A stretch of DNA of 64,000 nucleotides from Verrucomicrobiales bacterium (GCA_046075565.1 JBJTQJ010000052.1:32001-96000), one strand, 5' to 3'. Counted from the stretch's first letter, positions 25,197-35,742 are shown. A program made the numbers and translations. Notes: generated by a model from the letters alone, not told the origin.

Positions 25197-25583
25197 TTAC
25201 TTGATTTCGACCTTGGCTCCGGCGGCTTCAAGCTTCTTCTTGATCTCGTCGGCCTCTTGCTTGCTGGCGCCTTCCTTGAGGGTGGCGGGCTTGCTTCCGG
25301 CGTTGTCCACCATCGCTTTGGCATCGGCGAGGCCGAGGCCGGCCACGAGGGCGCGGACTTCTTTAATGACGGCGATCTTGTTGGAGCCACCGTCGGTAAG
25401 AAGAACGTTGAATTCGGTCTTCTCTTCGGCGGGAGCAGCCGCGGCGGCGGGGCCGGCGGCGGCAACGGCGACGGGAGCAGCTGCGCTCACGCCCCAATCG
25501 GCTTCAAGTTTTTTCACCAGCTCGGCCGCCTCAAGGACGGTGAGCTTGCCCAGTTCTGCTGCAATTGTATCGATGTTAGCCAT
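25197..25583 (-). CDS. rplL: 50S ribosomal protein L7/L12
   Basis: [11 protein letters not shown], Ala-rich hinge, [15 protein letters not shown]. Confidence 0.99.
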   Translation of the reverse strand: MANIDTIAAELGKLTVLEAAELVKKLEADWGVSAAAPVAVAAAGPAAAAAPAEEKTEFNVLLTDGGSNKIAVIKEVRALVAGLGLADAKAMVDNAGSKPATLKEGASKQEADEIKKKLEAAGAKVEIK

Positions 25584-25736
25584 GGTATTGTTGATCCTCC
25601 GGTATCATCGTTCGCCGGGGCTCCGGCGGGATTGAGTCAGGCAGCCGCCCGACCGATGAGGAACCATTTGGGTTGGATTTCAAGGAGCCAGCTTGGCGGC
25701 CGACTCCCATCGGGGTCAAATTTGTTGGTTTTGGGT

Positions 25737-26246
25737 TCAGCCTTGGTCGGCACGCGCTTGGATGACGCGGGCCAGTGCGGCGGCGGGTTCGTTGATGGTG
25801 CGAAGAAGTTTGGTCGCGGGGGCGTTGATAACTCCGAGCAGGGTCGCGAGGAGTTGTTCGCGCGAAGGAAGGTCCGCGAGTGCCTTGAGTTCGTTGGCTC
25901 CGAGGGCGTTGCCATCAAGCACGCCACCACGAAGGGCCGGCTTCTGGAACTCGGCCGCGAAATTCTTCAGCACTTTGGCCGCGGCGGGGGCTTCACCTTC
26001 GCCGGTGACGACCATGGTCTGGCCGGTCAGCACGTCGGCAAGTTCGGGAAGACCCGCGGACTTGAGGGTGCGCTTGACCAGCGTGTTCTTGAGCACGCGG
26101 GCTTTCGCTCCGACTTCTTTGAGCCGCTTGCGCAACTCGGCGAAGTGTTTGACCTGGAGACCGGTGTAGTCCGCGACAAAGAGATACGGGGACTTCTCCA
26201 GCCGAGCCAGGAGTTCGTCGATCAGGAATTGCTTTTCTGCTTGCAT
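25737..26246 (-). CDS. rplJ: 50S ribosomal protein L10
   Basis: DYTGL, VLKNTL, LADLPSREQL; synteny. Confidence 0.98.
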   Translation of the reverse strand: MQAEKQFLIDELLARLEKSPYLFVADYTGLQVKHFAELRKRLKEVGAKARVLKNTLVKRTLKSAGLPELADVLTGQTMVVTGEGEAPAAAKVLKNFAAEFQKPALRGGVLDGNALGANELKALADLPSREQLLATLLGVINAPATKLLRTINEPAAALARVIQARADQG

Positions 26247-26278
26247 GATTCTGGATTTCCTTGGTTGGGGGCTGGGGA

Positions 26279-26974
26279 TTAGTGGGCCAATTCACCGGCT
26301 TCGACGGAGACCCCGGGGGTCATCGTGGCGGCCAAGGTGGCGGCTTGGAGATAGTTGCCCTTGGCGGTCGCAGGTTTGGCGCGCACCACCGCTTCAATCA
26401 CGGCGCGGGCGTTATCCACGAGCTTTTGGGGTTCGAAAGAAACTTTGCCCATGGGCACGGAAATGTTCCCGTTGCGGTCGAGCTTGAAGGTCACCTGGCC
26501 ACCCATGACGGCATTCACCGCTTTGGCGGTGTCGTCGGTCACGGTGCCGGTCTTCGGGTTCGGCATAAGGCCGCGGGGACCAAGCACACGGGCCAATTTC
26601 CGCACCTCAGCCATGGCGTCCGGTGTCGCGATGGCGGTATCGAAATCAAGGAATCCACCCTTGATCTTCTCGATGAGATCTTCGAATCCGACGAGTTCGG
26701 CACCGGCGGCACGAGCGGCTTCGGCGGCCACGCCTTGCGCGAAGACGGCCACACGGACTTTTTTACCCGAACCGTGGGGCAGGGCACAGGTGCCACGGAC
26801 CATCTGGTCGGATTTACGGGGATCCACGCCCATCTTGAACGAGATGGTGACCGATTGGTCGAACTTCGGCGCGGGGAATTGCTTCACCAAGGCCACGGCC
26901 TCGGGAAGCGGATACGTCTTTCCGGCGGTCACCAGACCGGCGGCTTTCTTATATCGTTTGCTGCGTTTTTTCAT
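26279..26974 (-). CDS. rplA: 50S ribosomal protein L1
   Basis: DPRKSDQMVRG, LPHGSGK, LGPRGLMPNPKTGTVT. Confidence 0.99.
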   Translation of the reverse strand: MKKRSKRYKKAAGLVTAGKTYPLPEAVALVKQFPAPKFDQSVTISFKMGVDPRKSDQMVRGTCALPHGSGKKVRVAVFAQGVAAEAARAAGAELVGFEDLIEKIKGGFLDFDTAIATPDAMAEVRKLARVLGPRGLMPNPKTGTVTDDTAKAVNAVMGGQVTFKLDRNGNISVPMGKVSFEPQKLVDNARAVIEAVVRAKPATAKGNYLQAATLAATMTPGVSVEAGELAH

Positions 26975-27058
26975 GATTTCGGGCAGTTCATGCGGGCGGT
27001 TAGCCCTCCTGCTTGGTTTGGGTGAAGCCCGGCGGACCGGGCGGAAATGCGGATGGGA

Positions 27059-27484
27059 TCAACCTTCGATTTCGAGGCCCATTTGGCGGGCGGTGCCGGC
27101 GAGCACACGGCAAGCGGCGTCGATATTGTCGGTGTTCATGTCGACCATCTTCCGTTTCGCCACTTCCTGGAGCTGCGCTTTGGTCAGCTTGCCGACCTTG
27201 ATCTTGTGCGGCTCTTTGGATCCGGAAGCGAGACCGGCGGCCTTCTTGAGCAGATTGGACGCGGGCGGCTGTTTGGTGATGAAGGAGAAGGTTTTGTCCT
27301 TGTAAACGGAGATCACGACGGGAAGGATGTCGCCGGCCTGCTTCTGGGTGGCGGCATTGAACTCCTTACAGAAGGCCATGATGTTGACGCCGGCCTGACC
27401 GAGCGCGGGACCTACGGGCGGCGACGGGTTGGCCGCGCCAGCGGGAATTTGCAATTTGATTTGTTTGACGACTTCTTTAGCCAT
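27059..27484 (-). CDS. rplK: 50S ribosomal protein L11
   Basis: [26 protein letters not shown]. Confidence 0.99.
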   Translation of the reverse strand: MAKEVVKQIKLQIPAGAANPSPPVGPALGQAGVNIMAFCKEFNAATQKQAGDILPVVISVYKDKTFSFITKQPPASNLLKKAAGLASGSKEPHKIKVGKLTKAQLQEVAKRKMVDMNTDNIDAACRVLAGTARQMGLEIEG

Positions 27485-27524
27485 GATGGGGTGCCGGTTG
27501 GGATTGAACGGGAGTTGGAAAAAA

Positions 27525-28097
27525 TCAGGCTTCGCGGGTGACTTGCCAGAATTCGAGTTCGACCGGGGTGCTGCGGCCGAAAATATCTACGGAGACACGG
27601 AGTTTGCCGCGATCGAGGTCGATCTCTTCGACCACGCCGATCTGGCTTTCGAATGGTCCATCGGCCACACGCACGCGGTCGCCGGTATCGAACTGCACTT
27701 TCGGGCGCACGCCTTCTTCGCGCTCGCGCACTTGGGCGAGAAGTTGCTCGACTTCTTTCGCGCGCATCGGGAGAGGTTTCTCCTTGGTGCCGGCGAATCC
27801 GATTACACCATCCGTCTCCTGGAAGAAATACCACGAGCGATCCACCAGGCCGCCGTCTTCGCGCAGCAGGTGCATGTTGACGATCAAGTAGCCGGGGAAA
27901 AACTTGCGGCGTGTTTCGGTCTTCTTGCCGCCCTTGACTTCATAGACCAGTTCGGTCGGCATGAGCACTTCGAAAATGACATCGCCCATTTCCTCGGTCT
28001 GGATCCGGCGTTTGATGTTTTCAAACACCTTCTTTTCCATGCCCGAAAGGACTTGGACGACAAACCACTGGTCACGGGGAGCAGGAATGGCGGGCAT
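27525..28097 (-). CDS. nusG: Transcription antitermination factor NusG
   Basis: [33 protein letters not shown]. Confidence 0.98.
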   Translation of the reverse strand: MPAIPAPRDQWFVVQVLSGMEKKVFENIKRRIQTEEMGDVIFEVLMPTELVYEVKGGKKTETRRKFFPGYLIVNMHLLREDGGLVDRSWYFFQETDGVIGFAGTKEKPLPMRAKEVEQLLAQVREREEGVRPKVQFDTGDRVRVADGPFESQIGVVEEIDLDRGKLRVSVDIFGRSTPVELEFWQVTREA

Positions 28098-28152
28098 GGA
28101 GCGGTAAAAACGTTGGAAGAAAAATGGATGGCGGGTGAGCCGGCGGGCGGGC

Positions 28153-28371
28153 TCAGCCTCCGATGTATGTCAGCAATTTCATGGCCTCCCGGATGATGAG
28201 ATCCCAGAGCGCGACGAATCCTCCCAAGACGATGGTGGCCACCAAAACGACCAAGGTGGAGTCGCTCAATTCGCGGAATCGCTTGAAGCCTTTTTCCTGC
28301 AGATCCCAAGGCCAGTTGGCCTTGCTGAGCTCGGACTTCACTTCCGCCAGATATTGGGTTACTTTTGCCAT
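28153..28371 (-). CDS. secE: Preprotein translocase SecE
   Basis: EVKSELSKANWP plus single TM; between tRNA-Trp and nusG. Confidence 0.93.
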   Translation of the reverse strand: MAKVTQYLAEVKSELSKANWPWDLQEKGFKRFRELSDSTLVVLVATIVLGGFVALWDLIIREAMKLLTYIGG

Positions 28372-28399
28372 TCGGGTGCTTGACTTGTTTGGGATGGAT

Positions 28400-28474
28400 T
28401 GGCAGGGCAGGAGGGACTCGAACCCCCAACCAACGGTTTTGGAGACCGCTACTCTACCATTGAGCTACTGCCCT
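28400..28474 (-). tRNA. tRNA-Trp (CCA)
   Basis: AGGGCAGTAGCTCAATGGTAGAGTAGCGGTCTCCAAAACCGTTGGTTGGGGGTTCGAGTCCCTCCTGCCCTGCCA cloverleaf, CCA end encoded. Confidence 0.97.
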
Positions 28475-28574
28475 TTTAGACGGGGTTGCCTCCGGAGGAA
28501 ATTCCCCCGGAGGCGAGCCAGCCTTGAACCTTCTGGCGAACACCGGACTCGCGCCCGGCGCCCGCCGCTTGGCA

Positions 28575-29759
28575 TCACTCGATGATATCGGCGACACGGC
28601 CGGCACCAACGGTGCGGCCACCTTCACGAATGGCGAAGCGCATGGTCTTCTCCATCGCGATCGGGGTGATCAACTCGACGGTGATGCTCACGTTGTCGCC
28701 GGGCATGACCATTTCGGTCCCTTCGGGGAGGGTAACCGAACCGGTCACGTCGGTGGTGCGGAAATAGAACTGCGGACGATAGTTCGCGAAGAACGGGGTG
28801 TGACGGCCGCCTTCATCCTTGGAAAGGACGTAAACTTCCGCGGTGAACTTCTTGTGCGGGGAAGTCGAACCGGGCTTGGCGATGACCTGTCCACGCTCAA
28901 CGTCGGTCTTTTTCAGACCGCGGAGAAGCAGACCAACGTTGTCACCGGCGCGGCCCTCGTCGAGCAGCTTGCGGAACATTTCGATGTCGGTCACGGTCGA
29001 CTTGACGGTCGGGCGGATGCCGATCACTTCAACTTCTTCCATCTTCTTCACGATACCGCGTTCGACACGGCCGGTGCAGACGGTGCCACGACCTTCAATC
29101 GAGAACACGTCTTCGATCGGCATGAGGAAGGGCTTGTCGATCGGACGCTCGGGCAGCGGGATGTAGCTGTCCACCGCGGCCATCAGCTCGTCGATGCTGG
29201 TCACGTATTTGGCGTCGCCTTCAAGGGCCTTGAGGGCGGAACCACGGATAACAGGAATGTCGTCACCCGGGAATTCGTATTTGGAAAGCAGCTCGCGGAT
29301 CTCCATTTCGACGAGGTCGAGGAGTTCGGCGTCGTCCACCATATCGCACTTGTTCATGTAAACGACAAGGGCGGGCACGCCAACCTGGCGGGCAAGGAGA
29401 ATGTGCTCACGCGTTTGCGGCATCGGGCCGTCGGCGGCGCTGACCACGAGGATCGCTCCGTCCATCTGGGCGGCGCCGGTGATCATGTTTTTCACATAGT
29501 CAGCGTGCCCCGGGCAGTCAACGTGCGCATAGTGGCGGTTGTCGGTTTGGTATTCAACGTGGGCGGTATTGATGGTAATCCCGCGCGCCTTTTCTTCGGG
29601 GGCGGCGTCGATTTCATCATACTTTTTCGCTTCGGCGAATCCCTTCTTCGCCAAGGTAGTGGTGATGGCGGCGGTAAGGGTGGTTTTGCCGTGGTCAACG
29701 TGACCGATCGTCCCGACGTTCACGTGGGGCTTGGACCTCTGGAATGATTCTTTGGCCAT
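28575..29759 (-). CDS. tuf: Elongation factor Tu
   Basis: [24 protein letters not shown]. Confidence 0.99.
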   Translation of the reverse strand: MAKESFQRSKPHVNVGTIGHVDHGKTTLTAAITTTLAKKGFAEAKKYDEIDAAPEEKARGITINTAHVEYQTDNRHYAHVDCPGHADYVKNMITGAAQMDGAILVVSAADGPMPQTREHILLARQVGVPALVVYMNKCDMVDDAELLDLVEMEIRELLSKYEFPGDDIPVIRGSALKALEGDAKYVTSIDELMAAVDSYIPLPERPIDKPFLMPIEDVFSIEGRGTVCTGRVERGIVKKMEEVEVIGIRPTVKSTVTDIEMFRKLLDEGRAGDNVGLLLRGLKKTDVERGQVIAKPGSTSPHKKFTAEVYVLSKDEGGRHTPFFANYRPQFYFRTTDVTGSVTLPEGTEMVMPGDNVSITVELITPIAMEKTMRFAIREGGRTVGAGRVADIIE

Positions 29760-29844
29760 GGTGGGTAGGTGGGTGCGCCTTCTTGGGGCGTGTATCTTAG
29801 GTTAGGCTGGTTGATTGCTTTCTGGTTGGTGACCTGCGGCGGGA

Positions 29845-29919
<75 letters not shown>

Positions 29920-30139
29920 AGGCTTACCCCTTGGCAGGCCGCCGTTCCTTTCAGAAAAAAACCGCACATTTGCTGTCCACGAGGGCCAGAAAACGCACGT
30001 TTTTCCTCATCCGGGAAGAAAAGCGGACGGGAAATTACGTCCGCAGCGCCCCGTGTCAACATTTTTCTTGTCTTTTTCCAAATTCTTGGTCTATCGGGCG
30101 GAGTTTTTAAAATATCCGGTTCCCTTTCTCCGGTCGCCC

Positions 30140-31414
30140 TCACATCCCCTTCAAATAGTGACCCAACGTTCCGCAGGAGGCTGTCTCGTTCTTTAGCAAA
30201 AAGTAGTCTCCCTGACCGTGGTTGAGCCTAGAATCCACCCGTAGATGCGCGAGTTGGGCGAGCCCACCGTTCGGTGGCACGAGATAGCCTTTGTCTACCA
30301 GAATATGGGCATCCGCGCGCGCTTTGAGGTGGCTCAAGGCTTCCTCGACCGTCCCGACCAGGCGCACATCCTTCCGTATCAGGATATGAGCCGGGATATC
30401 GGGGCCCTCCACCACGATAAATACCGTCTGGCCATCCTGATGATTCTCAATCCAGCTCTGCATCGGGCAAGGTCCGGTGTTCCTTGCCCAGATTTCCACA
30501 CACTCCCCGCACTGGAAGCCCACTCCCACCCATCCCGTCGCCCCAAGCAAAAGCAACAGCGCAGCCGCCCAAGCCAGACGAGGCCGCCCGCTGCCCTTCG
30601 GCAGCGGAATCGCCCCTTCAACCCAAGGCTTTCTTCGCCGTGCTTGCAGGTAGCACTCCGAGCCTAGCGATGGGAAAAGCCCGCCCCAGAATTGGTTCAA
30701 CCTCACCCATAGACGAGAGCTCTCCAACCACGATCCCGTCATGCGCACCGCGTGGCTACCCGTGGCGAACTCGACGTCCAGCCCCGAATCGTGGGCCAGA
30801 TTCCGCCACCGTGATGGCGAGAGCACCGTGATGTGGCCTCCCGGCACGAGTTCCCCGGCCTCCAGTTTCCTGCGAAAATACCTTTCCCGCAAACGCGCCA
30901 GCCAGTCCGGCATGGTCGGGGCCCCGCCCAGGAAAATGCCGCCGGGTCGCAGCAACCGCGCCACTTCGGCCATCGCAACCCCCGGCCTCGGCAGGTGCTC
31001 AAAAACGTGCAAGCTCACCACCACATCTGCTTCTCCGGAACCAACCGGTAACGCCTCGTCGAAGTTCGCTTGGAGGACCTCGTCGTAACCCGCCGCACGC
31101 GCGTCATCTCTCGGATTCCAGTCCAACCCGACCCATCTTCCAACTGCTCCCGCCGGGGTGAAAAATTTCAACCAGCCACGCTCGCAGCCCACATCGACCA
31201 CGACGAGCGGACGCCCCAGACGCGCCGCTTCCTCGGCCAGGGCTTGACCTGCCCACCAATACCGCAAAAGCCGCACCGAAAAGTCCGCTTTGCCGAGATG
31301 TTGGTCGAGCAGTGAGCCCGCCTCTACCGGCGGCAGGGTCTTGCGCAATGGCTTCAAAGGCCAATGGAGAAACGGAAAACGACGGCGAAAAAAGGAGAGC
31401 AGGGAATTAGGCAT
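30140..31414 (-). CDS. Class I SAM-dependent methyltransferase with C-terminal TM helix and extra domain
   Basis: VVDVGCERG, GLD, DVVVSLHVFEHLP, LLRPGG; hydrophobic AWAAALLLLLGATGW; start uncertain. Confidence 0.8.
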   Translation of the reverse strand: MPNSLLSFFRRRFPFLHWPLKPLRKTLPPVEAGSLLDQHLGKADFSVRLLRYWWAGQALAEEAARLGRPLVVVDVGCERGWLKFFTPAGAVGRWVGLDWNPRDDARAAGYDEVLQANFDEALPVGSGEADVVVSLHVFEHLPRPGVAMAEVARLLRPGGIFLGGAPTMPDWLARLRERYFRRKLEAGELVPGGHITVLSPSRWRNLAHDSGLDVEFATGSHAVRMTGSWLESSRLWVRLNQFWGGLFPSLGSECYLQARRRKPWVEGAIPLPKGSGRPRLAWAAALLLLLGATGWVGVGFQCGECVEIWARNTGPCPMQSWIENHQDGQTVFIVVEGPDIPAHILIRKDVRLVGTVEEALSHLKARADAHILVDKGYLVPPNGGLAQLAHLRVDSRLNHGQGDYFLLKNETASCGTLGHYLKGM

Positions 31415-31616
31415 GTTGAAGGGCTCGCCATATACGCCAAACCCCGCGGCTTTGGAAGCATTTTTCCGCCCTTCCCCTTGAATTTTTCCTCCCGTCCGGC
31501 CCCTATACATCGGCAGAATTGAGAATTTGCCAGATTTACTAGAAAATTTATCCATCAATCCCTCGTAAACTCTCATCTTTCTTGCAATTTTGTGGTAGCT
31601 TTGGAATATTTTAGCC

Positions 31617-32372
31617 ATGGCAACGGCTACTTTTCCCAATCCTACGGACTACCATTTTGCTTCAATTCCCGATTTAGGGGACGGGCGAGCCCGCCAATAC
31701 TATGAGAAGCTTTTCCGCGGCCTCGCCCACAAATTGAACAATCAGACTTCGGTCGTGCACGGCTTTTCCAGCCTGCTCCTCATGCAGGACAACCTCGACA
31801 GCGGCGCCCGCGACAATATTTCGCACATGAAGGACGCCTCCAACCAGATGTCCGCCCTCATGAGCCGCGTGCTCCTGCTCTCCGGTTGCGGACGCCCCGC
31901 GATGCAGCGCTTGCAATTCGGGGAGTTCTTGGCCATGATGGACCGCCCGATGCGCGAACTCATGCAAGGCCAGGGCGTGCCGTTCACCGCAAACATCGCG
32001 AAAAGCCTGCCTGCCATCCAAGCCGACCCGTCCCGCCTGCGCGAGCTTCTCTTTGAACTCCTGCGCAACGCCGCCGAAGCCGCCTCTGCCGCCGGCAATG
32101 GCCAAGTCGCCTTCGACGCCTTTGCCCCCGGCCAAGCGAGCCCGATGGACGACCCGCATGTCGATATCTTTATCCGCAACTCCGGTCAGACCATCACTTC
32201 TGCCAAAATCGCCACCGCCTTCGAACCCTTCCACGGCACCAAAGGTAGCGACCATTTCGGCCTCGGCCTGCCCACCGCCGCCATGATCACCCAGCATCTC
32301 GGTGGCAAACTCGGCATCCGCAGCCACGAAGGCACCACCACCGTCTGGCTCGCCCTTCCTGCTCTGCCTTGA
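31617..32372 (+). CDS. Sensor-less histidine kinase-like protein (DHp + HATPase)
   Basis: H box AHKLNN, N box ELLRNAAEA, F box FEPFHGTK, G2 GLGL; G1 degenerate (NSGQT). Confidence 0.85.
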   Translation: MATATFPNPTDYHFASIPDLGDGRARQYYEKLFRGLAHKLNNQTSVVHGFSSLLLMQDNLDSGARDNISHMKDASNQMSALMSRVLLLSGCGRPAMQRLQFGEFLAMMDRPMRELMQGQGVPFTANIAKSLPAIQADPSRLRELLFELLRNAAEAASAAGNGQVAFDAFAPGQASPMDDPHVDIFIRNSGQTITSAKIATAFEPFHGTKGSDHFGLGLPTAAMITQHLGGKLGIRSHEGTTTVWLALPALP

Positions 32373-32434
32373 TCAATTGGTGAAGACACATTCGCGATGG
32401 AATTTCCCGCGAGCTGTCCCACCATGATCGCGAT

Positions 32435-33832
32435 ATGACCGAAATCTCTTCCGCCGAGCGCAAAATGCTCGACCATGGTCTCGGAGAAGCCGCCATCCGG
32501 GCCTTCGCCCATGCCCGAGCGGTCCATCTCTCGGGAGCTTCCTCGCTACTCGGTGAATTGGAAATCGAGCCTGCCACCGGCCTCGCGTCGAGCACTCATC
32601 TTGATGCCCCGCCCGCCGGCGACGAACTCATCGCCCGCACCGTCGTGATCAAACTCAACGGCGGACTGGGCACCGGCATGGGTTTGGAAAAAGCCAAATC
32701 ACTGCTTGTGGTCAAAGAGGGTCACAGCTTCCTCGATCTCATCGCCCGGCAAATCCTCCATCAGCGCGCGACTGCGCCCTCGTTGCGCTTCTTGCTGATG
32801 AATAGCTTCAGCACCAGCGACGATACCCGCGCCGCTCTCTCGGCGCATCCCGATCTCGGTGATCCCGCCGCGCTCGAAATCATGCAAAACCGCGTGCCGA
32901 AACTCCGCGCCGACAATGGCGAACCCGTCGAGTGGCCCGCCAATCCCTCCCAGGAATGGTGCCCGCCCGGCCATGGCGACATCTACGCGGCGTTGTTAGG
33001 AAGCGGATGGCTCGACCGCCTGCTCGCCGAAGGCGTGCTCTATGCCTTCATTTCGAATTCCGATAACCTCGGTGCCACCCTTGATGCGAATTTGCTCGGC
33101 CACTTCGCCGCTTCCGGCGCCCCTTTCCTCATGGAAGTGACCCGTCGCACCGAAGCGGATAAAAAAGGCGGCCACCTCGCCGTGCGCAAAAAGGATGGCC
33201 GACTTGTACTGCGCGAATCCGCCCAGTGTCCGAAAGAAGACGAAGCAGCCTTCCAGGACATCGACCGCCACCGCTACTTCAATACCAACAACCTCTGGTT
33301 GCGACTCGACCGACTGAAGGAAGCGCTCGACGAAGCGGGCGGAGTCCTCCCATTGCCGGTCATGCGCAATCACAAGACCGTCGATCCGCGCGACCCGCAA
33401 AGCCCGCCCGTCGTGCAACTCGAAACCGCCATGGGCGCGGCCATCGAATGTTACCCCGGTGCTGACGCCATCGAAGTGCCCCGCACCCGTTTCGCGCCCG
33501 TGAAGACGACCGCTGATTTGTTGGTCCTCCGTTCCGACGCGTGCGTGCTCACGCCCGACTGGCGTGTCGAATTGCATCCCGACCGCGAAGGCGTGCCACC
33601 CGTGCTCGACCTCGATCCGAAAGAAACGAAACTCGTCGATGGGCTTGAGACTGTTTTCGGCACCGGCGCGCCGTCCCTGCTCGCTTGCGATCGACTACTC
33701 ACCCGTGGACCGATGATCATTCCCGCCGGAGCCGCTTTCGCCGGAAAAGTGGAAATCCACAATCTTTCGTCTGAACGAATCGCCATTCCCGCGCGTCTCT
33801 ATGAGGACGAATCCGTGCCACTCGCGCCGTGA
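32435..33832 (+). CDS. UTP-glucose-1-phosphate uridylyltransferase (eukaryote-type UGP)
   Basis: KLNGGLGTGMG..AKS, WCPPGHGD, SNSDNLGA, KKGG, FNTNNLW, QLETAMGAAI, RFAPVK. Confidence 0.93.
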   Translation: MTEISSAERKMLDHGLGEAAIRAFAHARAVHLSGASSLLGELEIEPATGLASSTHLDAPPAGDELIARTVVIKLNGGLGTGMGLEKAKSLLVVKEGHSFLDLIARQILHQRATAPSLRFLLMNSFSTSDDTRAALSAHPDLGDPAALEIMQNRVPKLRADNGEPVEWPANPSQEWCPPGHGDIYAALLGSGWLDRLLAEGVLYAFISNSDNLGATLDANLLGHFAASGAPFLMEVTRRTEADKKGGHLAVRKKDGRLVLRESAQCPKEDEAAFQDIDRHRYFNTNNLWLRLDRLKEALDEAGGVLPLPVMRNHKTVDPRDPQSPPVVQLETAMGAAIECYPGADAIEVPRTRFAPVKTTADLLVLRSDACVLTPDWRVELHPDREGVPPVLDLDPKETKLVDGLETVFGTGAPSLLACDRLLTRGPMIIPAGAAFAGKVEIHNLSSERIAIPARLYEDESVPLAP

Positions 33833-34539
33833 ACGAAACCCCGACCATCAGTCCGCCGCACCGCAAATCCCGCGCCCTTCCGCGTGGTCTCGCCATCGCC
33901 GTGATCATCCTCGCCCTCGCGGGGGGAGGATGGATCCTGCTCGACAAACTCGCGAATCTTCCCGCCCAAGTTGCCGGAGGACTCGGCAATGCGGCCGCCG
34001 ACACCGCCCGCGCCATGGCCCGCGTGGTCAAAGATGCCCTGACCATCGAGCCGAAGATCATCGTCTCTTCAACCATCATCCATGAAGGCGCGAAAGGAGC
34101 CTTTGAAGTGACCTTCGCCGAGCAGGAAATGACCCACGACCTTCGTTACGAAACCACCTGGCTCGGCAGCCGTAAGGTCCTGCATGCGCGCGGGCGATTC
34201 ACCGTAAAGGCCGGCTACAATCTTGCCGACGGCGAATGGTTCGTCGAACAAAAGCCCGACGGAACATGGATCGTCAATCTTCCCGACCCCACCGTGCTCT
34301 CCTGTGAACTGAAGGAGATCAACATGGTCGCCGATGACGATGGCATGTGGAATAAACTCAATGCCACCGACCGCACGCAGGTTCACCAGCAACTGCTCAC
34401 CGAAGCCCGCGCCAAAGCCGGGAACAAGGAATTGTTCGAACAGGTGGAAAAGGAACTCGGCCGCCGCCTGCGCGAGGCTGCCGCGCGCGAACAAGGAACA
34501 CCCGTGCCCGCCATCGGTCATTCCAACTCCCTCCTCTAA
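33829..34539 (+). CDS. DUF4230-like membrane-anchored protein
   Basis: N-terminal TM, VKAGYNL and VNLPDP motifs; GTGA overlap with the UGPase gene. Confidence 0.75.
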   Translation: MNETPTISPPHRKSRALPRGLAIAVIILALAGGGWILLDKLANLPAQVAGGLGNAAADTARAMARVVKDALTIEPKIIVSSTIIHEGAKGAFEVTFAEQEMTHDLRYETTWLGSRKVLHARGRFTVKAGYNLADGEWFVEQKPDGTWIVNLPDPTVLSCELKEINMVADDDGMWNKLNATDRTQVHQQLLTEARAKAGNKELFEQVEKELGRRLREAAAREQGTPVPAIGHSNSLL

Positions 34540-34546
34540 CAAACCC

Positions 34547-34834
34547 GTGCTACCCAATCCCCTACAGAAAAACCAAACCACCGGCAACCCGATCAAATCC
34601 CACGCCATGGCCGGGCTCGGTGCGTTCTGCGCTTTCTATCTGGCCAATCCCGGCTGGGGATTGATCGACTTTATCCCGGACAATCTCCCCATCATCGGCA
34701 ACTTCGACGAAGCCGTGGCGAGCCTGCTCCTGCTGCGCGTTCTCGCCTACTTCGGTATCAACCTCGTCGGCATCGGCGGCAAAAACCCGCCCGCCCAGGG
34801 CCGTGTCATCGATATCGACGGACCGGGGAAGTGA
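34547..34834 (+). CDS. DUF1232 (YkvA-like) small membrane protein
   Basis: YLANP..IDFIPDNLPIIGNFDE; start may be 34607. Confidence 0.8.
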   Translation: MLPNPLQKNQTTGNPIKSHAMAGLGAFCAFYLANPGWGLIDFIPDNLPIIGNFDEAVASLLLLRVLAYFGINLVGIGGKNPPAQGRVIDIDGPGK

Positions 34835-34907
34835 TTGCAATGGGTGTCCCATCGAAGCATACTTTCCGGTCCTTGCACCGGCGAGCCATTTCGGCTAGGT
34901 TAGCCAC

Positions 34908-35207
34908 ATGAGTCCACAGACCATCGAAGTCAGGGTCGATCCCGCATTGAAAAAGAAAGCCACCAAGGTTTTGGACGGGCTTGGGCTCGACATGGAAAGC
35001 GCGGTGCGCGTTTTTCTTACCAAGGTGGTCTCGACCCATTCGATCCCCTTTGCTCTCGCCGAAGAGCCGGAGAACTACCGCTTCAGCGCGAAGGAAACAA
35101 AAGAGATCCTCGCGGCCAAGCGCGAAGCTCGGAAAAAGAACCAACTAAGCGGACCTTTCACATCGGCGGAGGCGCTCGTTGGCCATCTGCGCAAAGCTCG
35201 TCCGTGA
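34908..35207 (+). CDS. dinJ: Type II antitoxin, RelB/DinJ family
   Basis: VRVDPALKKKA..VL..LGLDM.SAVRVFL.....IPF. Confidence 0.88.
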   Translation: MSPQTIEVRVDPALKKKATKVLDGLGLDMESAVRVFLTKVVSTHSIPFALAEEPENYRFSAKETKEILAAKREARKKNQLSGPFTSAEALVGHLRKARP

Positions 35208-35464
35208 AGGTTCAAACCACCAACCGTTTCGACAAAGCATTCGCACGTTTGGCCCCCAGGGACCAAAGGCGAGTGGAAGCGGTCCTGATGCTCTTCATGG
35301 ATCAGCCTTTCCATCCCTCGTTGAAAAACCACGCACTCTCCGGAAAGCTGCGTGGCACGCGCGCCTTCAGCGCCGGCTATGACCTGCGAATCGTCTATGA
35401 GGAGGAGGGTGGCCATGCCCTTGTGTTGCTGCTGAACACGGGAACGCATGACGAGGTTTATTGA
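35204..35464 (+). CDS. yafQ: Type II toxin, RelE/YafQ family mRNA interferase
   Basis: HALSGKL.G, DLRIVY, GTHDEVY; GTGA overlap with the antitoxin. Confidence 0.88.
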   Translation: MKVQTTNRFDKAFARLAPRDQRRVEAVLMLFMDQPFHPSLKNHALSGKLRGTRAFSAGYDLRIVYEEEGGHALVLLLNTGTHDEVY

Positions 35465-35576
35465 AGAGCCTCCCACAAGCGTCACTCCCCGGAAAATCTT
35501 CCGTTATTGTATCGGCGAGCCAATGGGCACCGCCTATTTTCCAAGAAAGACGCGCCACCACAATCCCCCTACCAAC

Positions 35577-35659
35577 CGGAGGAACACGATCCCGCGATGT
35601 CGTGTCCGTTGCCTGCGCGCATCCCTCCCCCAAGGCCAGCCGGATTGTGTCCCAGAGCC
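35577..35659. repeat. Degenerate inverted copy of 9441-9523
   Basis: ACACGATCCCGC..TCGTGTCCGTTGC and GGATTGTGTCCCAGAGCC match the reverse complement of 9441-9523. Confidence 0.75.
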
Positions 35660-35742
35660 ACGGGCCAGCCCCATTGTCTCCAAAAGACATTTTCTATTTT
35701 GCTGTCGGCATGTTAAATGCTTAATAGTTACAAAGCACCATC

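Noticed and set aside
28475-28574. rpmG absent between tuf and secE
   Set aside because: Common lineage-level variation; the gap holds only hairpins
32435-33832. Eukaryote-type UGPase as a recent eukaryote-to-bacterium transfer
   Set aside because: This family is already known from bacteria and the gene's composition looks native
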